A stretch of DNA of 34,431 nucleotides from Ferroacidibacillus organovorans. GTDB lineage: Bacteria > Bacillota > Bacilli > Alicyclobacillales > SLC66. Position numbers and translations under genes: made by a program. Location: the NCBI RefSeq assembly GCF_001642725.1, contig NZ_LSUQ01000028.1:1-34431 (forward strand), given 5' to 3'. Shown piece after piece: positions 26,117-33,050 of the stretch. Position 1 is the first letter of the stretch, and the number at the start of each line of letters is the position of its first letter. The notes beneath the pieces were generated by a model. That model was not told the origin of the DNA and made no database searches. It saw nothing but the letters and a program-made list of their open reading frames with translations.

Positions 26117-27271
26117 ATGCATATGAACATGACTCCCTATATTGATCCCGCGGTTGTTCACTCCTTTCACGTGATGCTCTTTCAGTGGAGCCTCATGACG
26201 CTCGCGTCTGTTCTGTTGATGTCTGCGGCGTGGTGGCTTTTAGGCTATTTCAATGAGGATACGGATGCCCCTCGGCGCATCACGTTTGACACACATCATC
26301 CTTTTCGACAAATCTGGATGCTGATCCGCCACCGCGTCGGGCATACTCCAAAGGCGCGTGTCGTACTAGGGTGGGGTTTGGGAACATTCTGGCTCATCGA
26401 TGGAATTCTTCAAGCGCAGCCCGCCATGCCCAATAATGGATTTGTCCAGGACGTGCTTGCCCCCTCAGTGATAGGGCAGCCGCCGTGGTATCTTCGCATT
26501 CTCGGATGGAACATCCAGTTTTGGTCAGACTATCCTGTTGGCGCAGACGTGTTTTCCGTGATTTTACAGGTGGGCATCGGGCTGTGCCTTTTGCTCGCGA
26601 TGGATCGGGTCTGGGGACGGATTGGGTTGTGGGTATCCATCGTATGGGGTCTTGGCATTTGGTTTTTGGGAGAAGGGATGGGCGGCATCTTGACGGGCAG
26701 CGCGACATGGCTGTCAGGATCGCCTGGCTCCGTCCTGTTCTATGTGTGTGGCGCGATCTTTTTACTGCTTCCAGAAAGCGTGTGGAGAGATGGACGGGTC
26801 ATTCGACTCGGAAATCGCGTGATCGGAGGGATCTGGATCTTGGCCACGTTCGCCCAAGCGTTACCTACGGCAGGGTACTGGACAGGGCAAGGTCTCAGCG
26901 GGCCATTTATAACCGCAGCCAGTATGCCGCAACCAAGCTTTTTTTCAGATCCGATCCATGCGATGGCGGTGAGTACGCTTCGTCATCCGTGGCTTTGGAA
27001 TGCCGTTTTTGTTGCCTTTATGTTTACCTTGGGTGTCTTCTTCTGGTTTCAAAGGGTACACTCATGGGTGTTGGTCTCGGCATTTGTATGGCTCTTTTTC
27101 AGTTGGTGGATGGGGCAAGATTTTGGGGTCATGGGTGGGATTGGAACCGATCCAAATTCAGCGCCCGTGTTCGCTTTGTTCATTGTGACGATCCATCTCG
27201 ATCGGTTCGCGCGTCGCAAGCATGCACCTATAGAACGACATACACAAACTTTCTTCACACTTGAGCGGTAA
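26117..27271 (+). CDS. Uncharacterised Trp/Gly-rich multi-pass membrane protein with internal duplication
   Basis: About 9 TM segments; two similar halves ('IWFLGEGMGG...GSPGS' and 'WWMGQDFG...GTDPNS'); RBS AGAGGTG. Confidence 0.75.
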   Translation: MHMNMTPYIDPAVVHSFHVMLFQWSLMTLASVLLMSAAWWLLGYFNEDTDAPRRITFDTHHPFRQIWMLIRHRVGHTPKARVVLGWGLGTFWLIDGILQAQPAMPNNGFVQDVLAPSVIGQPPWYLRILGWNIQFWSDYPVGADVFSVILQVGIGLCLLLAMDRVWGRIGLWVSIVWGLGIWFLGEGMGGILTGSATWLSGSPGSVLFYVCGAIFLLLPESVWRDGRVIRLGNRVIGGIWILATFAQALPTAGYWTGQGLSGPFITAASMPQPSFFSDPIHAMAVSTLRHPWLWNAVFVAFMFTLGVFFWFQRVHSWVLVSAFVWLFFSWWMGQDFGVMGGIGTDPNSAPVFALFIVTIHLDRFARRKHAPIERHTQTFFTLER

Positions 27272-27274
27272 GGT
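27243..27274 (+). promoter_or_regulatory. Regulon motif copy 5 (SHOCT-RR-HK-zinc ribbon operon; autoregulatory position)
   Basis: CACAAA-CTTTC-TTCACA-N9-TAAGGT, embedded in the 3' end of the upstream CDS. Confidence 0.8.
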
Positions 27275-27331
27275 CTAAGCAGTAAGAAGAAGTGCTGATA
27301 CGTGCCTGTCATTGAAAAGGGGTGTTATACC

Positions 27332-27598
27332 ATGTGGTATGGAAATGGTGGAATTGGGTTTGGGTCGATGATGGGAGCGATGGGGATCATGGGATTTGTC
27401 ATGATTCTGTTTTTCGGGATCTTGATCTTTGCCGTCGTTTTTGGGGTGAGAATGTTCACGCGAACGGAGCGCGGTTATTCAGGCGGAAATTCGTCTCATG
27501 ATTCGGGCAGGGCGCTTCACATCGTTAAAGAACGCTATGCCAAAGGGGAAATCAGCCGCGATGAGTACGATCGGCTGCGCGATGAGTTGAAAGACTGA
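27332..27598 (+). CDS. Met/Gly-rich single-TM SHOCT-domain protein
   Basis: 'GSMMGAMGIMG' then a TM; 'ALHIVKERYAKGEISRDEY'; ATG 27332 after AAGGGGTG. Confidence 0.85.
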   Translation: MWYGNGGIGFGSMMGAMGIMGFVMILFFGILIFAVVFGVRMFTRTERGYSGGNSSHDSGRALHIVKERYAKGEISRDEYDRLRDELKD

Positions 27599-27631
27599 TC
27601 GGTTACGTTTGCATCGAAAGAAGGGGAGAGG

Positions 27632-28321
27632 ATGCAGCGCCATATCCTGATCGTGGACGATGAGGCGGCAATGCGGCAATTGGTGCGCATCTATCTGGCG
27701 CACGCGGGGTTCTCCGTCTCTGAAGCAAAGGACGGTGTTTCGTGTATGGAGGAACTGTCTGCGGGCGTCTATGACATGGTGATCCTCGACATGATGATGC
27801 CAGGCATGGACGGTGTGGAAGTGTGTCGGAGGATTCGCGAGCGTCTTCCTGAGATGCCAGTGCTTATGTTGACCGCGCGCGACGAGGTGGAGTCGCGCGT
27901 AAAGGGGCTCACGGCTGGTGCGGATGACTACCTGACGAAACCGTTTGACTCGCGGGAACTGGTCGCGCGTGTCAAAAGTTTACTGCGAAGAACGCAACCT
28001 CGCGATGAGGTGGAGTACGCGATTCCGGAATATCATTTGCGCATGGATGTCGAGACGCGAAATGCGACGGTGCGCGAGGAACGGCTCGCGCTTACTCCCA
28101 AGGAGTTTGATTTGCTCGCATTGTTCGTCAAGTGGCCCGGCCGCACGTACACGCGTGATGAACTGCTGGATCGGGTCTGGGGACCAGAGTATGAGGGAGA
28201 CACGCGCACGGTGGATAGCCACATCAAAAACATCAGAGAAAAGCTGCGGGACGCGGGCCTTTCGGCGAGCATCCTCGCCACCGTCTGGGGCATCGGCTAT
28301 CGGTTTGAGGTTCCCAAATGA
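27632..28321 (+). CDS. OmpR-family response regulator
   Basis: 'ILIVDDE', 'LDMMMPGMDG', 'GADDYLTKPF', 'TRTVDSHIKNIREKL', 'TVWGIGYRF'. Confidence 0.95.
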   Translation: MQRHILIVDDEAAMRQLVRIYLAHAGFSVSEAKDGVSCMEELSAGVYDMVILDMMMPGMDGVEVCRRIRERLPEMPVLMLTARDEVESRVKGLTAGADDYLTKPFDSRELVARVKSLLRRTQPRDEVEYAIPEYHLRMDVETRNATVREERLALTPKEFDLLALFVKWPGRTYTRDELLDRVWGPEYEGDTRTVDSHIKNIREKLRDAGLSASILATVWGIGYRFEVPK

Positions 28322-29403
28322 TTCGCTCACGCATCGCCGTCAAACTCGGGGCATCCATCCTTGGGCTTATGCTCGTGGTGCTTTCAGCGCTCTATCTCTC
28401 GCTTGAACAGTTGATGGTTCATGTGGCGCAATTTCGTGACATCAGCCACGCCGCCTCGAGTCGTGTAGAACAGATGCTCGTGCTGGCCGCAGTCGGGGCG
28501 ATCCTGTTGACGGCAGGTCTGGCGATCGTTCTCTCACATCGCCTCGCGCAGCCCCTGCTCGCGATGAGAAGGGCCACGCGCGAGATTAGTCGCGGGCAGT
28601 ACCACATTCGCGTGCCTGCGTCAGGTCGCGATGAGGTCTCCCAACTCGGTCAGGCCATCAATGATCTCGCGAAACATCTGGATTATCTGGATAAAACGCG
28701 CAAGCAATTTCTCGCCGATGTCGCGCATGAATTGCGTACACCGCTCACGTACATTAAAGGCTATAGTGAAGTGGTGTACAAGGGAATGGCGGAGTCACCG
28801 GACGCGGTCAATCGCTATTTGGCGCTGATCTATGAAGAAACGCAACGCGTCGAACGCTTGATTCAGGATTTGTTTACCCTCGCGCAAGCGGATGAAGGGG
28901 TGCTCTTGCCCATACACCGGGAGAAAATTCAGGTCAATGAGTGGATTTGCAACCTGGTTGATCGGGTGAGCGCGCGGGCAGCCACCAAGGATGTTACGGT
29001 GGATGTGCACATCGCGCAAACGTTCTGCGTTGAAGGCGATCCTGTGCGACTTGAACAGGCATTGATCAATGTGCTTGACAATGCGGTGCGCTACACGTTG
29101 TCCGGTGGGATGGTATCGGTCGCGGTCGCGCAAGAGGGAGACTTCCTCCTGCTCCAGGTGAGCGATACGGGCATCGGCATTCCGCGTGAGGAACTCCCCT
29201 ATATCTGGGAACGCCTCTATCGCGTCGAGAAGTCGAGGTCGCGCGGGGGCGGCGGAAGTGGGCTTGGTTTGGCGATTGTCAAACAGATTGTCGAGTCGCA
29301 CGGGGGATACGTTTCCGCGAAGAGTGAAGAAGGAAAAGGGACGGTCATTACGCTCGGCGTGCCGCTTCATGCAGGCGTCGACACGGGAGGGGATCGGGCG
29401 TGA
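28318..29403 (+). CDS. Sensor histidine kinase with very short extracytoplasmic loop
   Basis: Two TMs, HAMP, 'DVAHELRTPL', 'NVLDNAVRY', 'DTGIGI', 'GSGLGLAI'. Confidence 0.95.
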   Translation: MIRSRIAVKLGASILGLMLVVLSALYLSLEQLMVHVAQFRDISHAASSRVEQMLVLAAVGAILLTAGLAIVLSHRLAQPLLAMRRATREISRGQYHIRVPASGRDEVSQLGQAINDLAKHLDYLDKTRKQFLADVAHELRTPLTYIKGYSEVVYKGMAESPDAVNRYLALIYEETQRVERLIQDLFTLAQADEGVLLPIHREKIQVNEWICNLVDRVSARAATKDVTVDVHIAQTFCVEGDPVRLEQALINVLDNAVRYTLSGGMVSVAVAQEGDFLLLQVSDTGIGIPREELPYIWERLYRVEKSRSRGGGGSGLGLAIVKQIVESHGGYVSAKSEEGKGTVITLGVPLHAGVDTGGDRA

Positions 29404-29708
29404 ATAAAACGCCGTGGATCATCGCCTCCATTTTGATTTTTTTAGGGATACTCTGCCTCTTCATGGTGGGGAGTGGCGCGACCGTTAGGCCGATGGGTTC
29501 AATGATGGGGCCCATGATGATGTTTGGGATGCTCTGGATGATCGCATTTCTTTTTTTAGCGGTTCTTCTCTTGGTATTCCTCTATTTACAGATGAAAAAA
29601 TGGAGAGAGCGGGAAAATTCCTGCCGATCGTGTGGACAGCGTCTCCACCGTGAATGGAAGGTCTGTCCGTACTGTGGTGAGAGGATCGAGAAATTTCCAG
29701 ATCGGTAA
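29400..29708 (+). CDS. Two-TM Met-rich membrane protein with C-terminal zinc ribbon (paralog of 23882-24199)
   Basis: 'PMGSMMGPMMM'; 'CRSC...WKVCPYCG'; GTGA overlap with the kinase stop. Confidence 0.8.
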   Translation: MNKTPWIIASILIFLGILCLFMVGSGATVRPMGSMMGPMMMFGMLWMIAFLFLAVLLLVFLYLQMKKWRERENSCRSCGQRLHREWKVCPYCGERIEKFPDR

Positions 29709-29726
29709 GGCGTGTCAGGCGGCTCT

Positions 29727-30692
29727 TCAGTGACTGTGAGGTTGACTGTCGTCATCTCTACACAGCACAGAGTCATCGTGCGGGTGATCGCCGTCCTCAA
29801 TTTGTACGGTGACGTGGCCAATGTTTTTATGCGCCAGCGCCTGCTCTACGTCGCGCAGGATGTGCTGGCTCTCGCGGATCGTTAGGCCGCCGTCGAGCAC
29901 AGCGTGACAAGACAGCGCATTTTTTCCGCTGGTGATACTCCAGATGTGGACGTCGTGGACGTCGTGGACGCCGCCTACTGCGCGAATCGTCTCTACGATG
30001 TCACCTACTTCGATGCCAGTTGGCGTGCCTTCCATCAGAATGCTGACCGTTTGCTTTACGATGCGCCACGCGCCGAATGCGATGAGCAGCGCGATGAGAA
30101 CGCTCAGGATGGGGTCGATCAGATTCCAGTGCGTGAATGCGATGATCAGACCACCGAGAATGACAGCGGCCGAAGCGGCAGCGTCTCCCAGCATGTGCAG
30201 CACCGCGCTGCGCACGTTGATGTTCTCATCGTGGCGCATGCCGAGTCCGAGATAAAGGTTCATGAGCAACCCAACGCCGGCGCTGATGAACATCCATGTG
30301 GGGGTCACGTTTACCGGATGATGAAAGCGACTGTACGCTTCCCACAGGATGACGAGTGTGATGAGGATCAATGTGATGCCATTGATGAGGGCGGCGAGAA
30401 TGCCCGATCGATGGTACCCAAACGTCATTGAACCGCTCGGTGGCTTTTCTGACTGCTTTAGGGCGAACCATGACAGGCCGATCGCCGCGATGTCGGTCAG
30501 AACATGGCCGGCGTCTGACAGCAGAGCGAGACTGTGGGAAAGCATGCCGCCGATCAGTTCTACAACGAGGATCAAAAAGGTGAGAAAGAATGCCTTTTTC
30601 ATCTGGCCTGTCGGCGCGTGCGAGTGGAACACGCCGCTGTGATCGTGATCGTGCGTTTTTGCGTGGCCATGATGATGCGCGTGTTCAGCCAT
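29727..30692 (-). CDS. czcD: Cation diffusion facilitator (Zn/Co/Cd efflux, CzcD-like)
   Basis: His-rich N-terminus, 'SLALLSDAGHVLTD', 'LHMLGD', 'HDVHIW'; ATG 30692 after AAGGAG. Confidence 0.88.
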   Translation of the reverse strand: MAEHAHHHGHAKTHDHDHSGVFHSHAPTGQMKKAFFLTFLILVVELIGGMLSHSLALLSDAGHVLTDIAAIGLSWFALKQSEKPPSGSMTFGYHRSGILAALINGITLILITLVILWEAYSRFHHPVNVTPTWMFISAGVGLLMNLYLGLGMRHDENINVRSAVLHMLGDAAASAAVILGGLIIAFTHWNLIDPILSVLIALLIAFGAWRIVKQTVSILMEGTPTGIEVGDIVETIRAVGGVHDVHDVHIWSITSGKNALSCHAVLDGGLTIRESQHILRDVEQALAHKNIGHVTVQIEDGDHPHDDSVLCRDDDSQPHSH

Positions 30693-31086
30693 GAGAATTC
30701 TCCTTTTGTAGATGATCGATGTGATCGATCGCCATTTGTAGCAGCCCCAACGTGTGCGCATCGTCGTGCGTATAATAGATGGTGTTTCCGTCGCGGCGAT
30801 TCTTCACGAGTCGCAAGGTGCGCGAGTAGCGCAACTGGTGGCTGATCGCGGATTGCGTCATTCCGAGCGCTTCTGCCAAGTCACAGACACACAACTCACG
30901 CTGCGCTAAGATGGAGAGAATGCGAATTCGGGTAGGGTCGGAAAGCGCCTTGAACCACTCGGATAACTGTTTTACGGTGTCGTCTGCCAAAGCGCTTGAC
31001 GCGCAAGGTTCTACAGCGTTCAGGTGTGCGCCTGATCCGCCACAACATGATTCGGCGTTCAAGTTTATAAGTTTTGACACTTGCAC
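30685..31086 (-). CDS. ArsR/SmtB-family metalloregulator (CzrA/SmtB-like)
   Basis: 'FKALSDPTRIRIL', 'ELCVCDL', 'SAISHQLR', alpha5-type 'DDAH...DHIDH'; N-terminal CC. Confidence 0.88.
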   Translation of the reverse strand: MQVSKLINLNAESCCGGSGAHLNAVEPCASSALADDTVKQLSEWFKALSDPTRIRILSILAQRELCVCDLAEALGMTQSAISHQLRYSRTLRLVKNRRDGNTIYYTHDDAHTLGLLQMAIDHIDHLQKENSHG

Positions 31087-31092
31087 ACCACC

Positions 31093-31142
31093 TATATGCG
31101 TTGTTGTTCATATATTGTATTCTAGTGTCACATCTTTTGCAA
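31093..31142 (-). promoter_or_regulatory. Promoter and SmtB/CzrA-type operator
   Basis: Minus strand TTGCAA-17-TACAAT followed by TATATG-AACAACAACG-CATATA. Confidence 0.7.
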
Positions 31143-31168
31143 CTGGGATCACTTGAAGAAGCTTAACG

Positions 31169-31203
31169 TTGACGAATCATATATTTAGATATATAAATAT
31201 ATG
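31169..31203 (+). promoter_or_regulatory. mer operon promoter with ArsR-type palindromic operator
   Basis: TTGACG-17-TATAAA overlapped by CATATATTTA-gatata-TAAATATATG (10-bp perfect IR); normal 17-bp spacer rather than the long MerR-type spacer. Confidence 0.7.
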
Positions 31204-31235
31204 TAATTGGTTTGCGATGAGATGGAGATGATTTT

Positions 31236-31532
31236 TTGGTTGAACGACCTTATTTTTTAAAGGTAACTAATCTCGCTTTGGCTGGCATACCTGTTGTGTT
31301 TTTTCTTTGCTGTGGGTTACCTCTGATCTTAGGTGCGATTGGTCTGACTGCAGCTGGCGCATTCATGGTTGGTATGAAAAATTGGATCGTTGGAGGATTT
31401 GTCGTGATGATAGGCATCGTCGCGTTGATCGCTGCCATTCGTCGGCGTGGTTCGATCAAACAGGCTTGCCGCGTTACGAAAATGGGTCAGGAGGTGCCGG
31501 ATTGTGAATCCAATCCAGAAACAAGACACTGA
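31236..31532 (+). CDS. Small mercury transport membrane protein (MerE/MerF/MerT-like)
   Basis: Vicinal Cys pair in TM1 ('FLCCGLPLILG'); 2-3 TM; first gene of the merA operon. Confidence 0.65.
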   Translation: MVERPYFLKVTNLALAGIPVVFFLCCGLPLILGAIGLTAAGAFMVGMKNWIVGGFVVMIGIVALIAAIRRRGSIKQACRVTKMGQEVPDCESNPETRH

Positions 31533-31839
31533 AATTCAGAATGAATTATACGCGAAATTTTTTCACGGTTTGTCTAATCCGACACGTTTTCGCATCGTGG
31601 AGATTCTGTTAGATGGCGAAAAAACAGTAAGTGAATTGGTAGATATGCTTTCTGTGACTCAGGGGCAAGTATCCAACCATTTGGCGTGCCTGAAATGGTG
31701 CGGATATGTTTCATCAAAGCAAGACGGAAAATATGTGATCTATCGAATGACGGATGAACGTGTACGAACAATTGTGCAACTTGCCAAGGAAATGGTGTCA
31801 GACAATGCAGCGCATATCAGTCAATGCACAAGAATGTGA
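31504..31839 (+). CDS. ArsR/SmtB-family regulator, CmtR-like (alpha4C Cys site)
   Basis: 'VSNHLACLKWCGYV' CxxxC in alpha4 plus a C-terminal Cys; GTG 31504 after CAGGAGGTG. Confidence 0.85.
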   Translation: MNPIQKQDTEIQNELYAKFFHGLSNPTRFRIVEILLDGEKTVSELVDMLSVTQGQVSNHLACLKWCGYVSSKQDGKYVIYRMTDERVRTIVQLAKEMVSDNAAHISQCTRM

Positions 31840-31842
31840 GGG

Positions 31843-32379
31843 TTGACCGTGAATAAATGGGTTTTGTCGCTGGGATTGGTCGTCATTGTCGGGATTGGTA
31901 TTTCTGCGGTGAATGCAGTTGGGAGACAGGCTCAAGTCTCCAATGTGAATGCCCCGCCAACGACGAGTCAGACTCATTCAACAGCTACCGGAAATGTGGG
32001 GTACCAGTCCCTCTCGTTCCATACAGTTTCAGGACAAGTACTTCACGTGAACCCAAACAAGAAAACCGTGTTACACTTTATGACATCGACGTGTGCTTCC
32101 TGCGTGCCGACAGAACGGATGCTTACGAAATTTTCAAGTATGCCCGGGGTTCAGATCATCTCCGTCGACATCAATCCGCAAAACGACAATTTACGCACGA
32201 TTCAACAATTTGAACGCACGGCGCATTCAAATTGGCCGTATGTCATGGAGACGACGCCATACTTTATTGATACGTTTCATGTCACTGAACTTGATACGGT
32301 GGTTGTTCTCGAACACGGCCATGTGATCTTTAATAAGGTTCTCCCATCTTTCGCTCAGTTAAAGAAGGTATTAGCCTAA
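31843..32379 (+). CDS. Membrane-anchored thioredoxin-like protein
   Basis: N-terminal TM; 'LHFMTSTCASCVP' CxxC motif. Confidence 0.75.
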   Translation: MTVNKWVLSLGLVVIVGIGISAVNAVGRQAQVSNVNAPPTTSQTHSTATGNVGYQSLSFHTVSGQVLHVNPNKKTVLHFMTSTCASCVPTERMLTKFSSMPGVQIISVDINPQNDNLRTIQQFERTAHSNWPYVMETTPYFIDTFHVTELDTVVVLEHGHVIFNKVLPSFAQLKKVLA

Positions 32380-33038
32380 TGACTGGGTCATGGATTATTC
32401 TTGGGGCAGGGATTATGGCTGCTTTCAACCCGTGCGGTGTGGCGATGTTGCCAGGGTATATCGTGCGCCTGCTCGGCGAGCAAAATCATTCGCTCAAAGA
32501 TGGTTTATGGGCTGGCGGCGTCATGACGCTCGGATTTTTCTTTGTGTTTAGTATCGGCGGTATCGGCGCTGCTCTTTTCGCCTCGTTACTGGGTGCAATC
32601 GCGTCTTGGGTAGCATTTTTTGTTGGTGTTTCGTTTGTTGTCGCGGGATTTTTGATGTTTTTTGGAAAGTCGCTTCTTCAATTCCACATTCGCGGACCAA
32701 AAGCTGGATCTGCAAAATCCAATCGAACCTTTTTCGTTTACGGGATCGCGTATGCGCTAGGTTCACTTGGATGTACATTTCCGCTATTCTCCCTACTGGT
32801 GTTGTCCTCGTTCGCATCACAAGGGTGGATCGGAGGAATGATGGACTTTTTGCTTTATGCGTTCGGCATGGGCTTTATGGTAACTCTATTATCGCTTGCG
32901 TCCACCATCTCTCAACAACTGATTTCAACGTGGATGCGCAAAGCAGCAGTTTGGATGAACCGTTTCAGTGCCGCGATTACAGTCGGCACTGGAATCTACC
33001 TGATGTTCTATTGGTGGCCCTATCTTACGCTAAAGTGA
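32379..33038 (+). CDS. CcdA/DsbD-family transmembrane protein
   Basis: 'AAFNPCGVAMLPGY', 'SLGCTFP'; TAATG coupling to the upstream gene. Confidence 0.85.
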   Translation: MTGSWIILGAGIMAAFNPCGVAMLPGYIVRLLGEQNHSLKDGLWAGGVMTLGFFFVFSIGGIGAALFASLLGAIASWVAFFVGVSFVVAGFLMFFGKSLLQFHIRGPKAGSAKSNRTFFVYGIAYALGSLGCTFPLFSLLVLSSFASQGWIGGMMDFLLYAFGMGFMVTLLSLASTISQQLISTWMRKAAVWMNRFSAAITVGTGIYLMFYWWPYLTLK

Positions 33039-33050
33039 GGGATTGAAATC

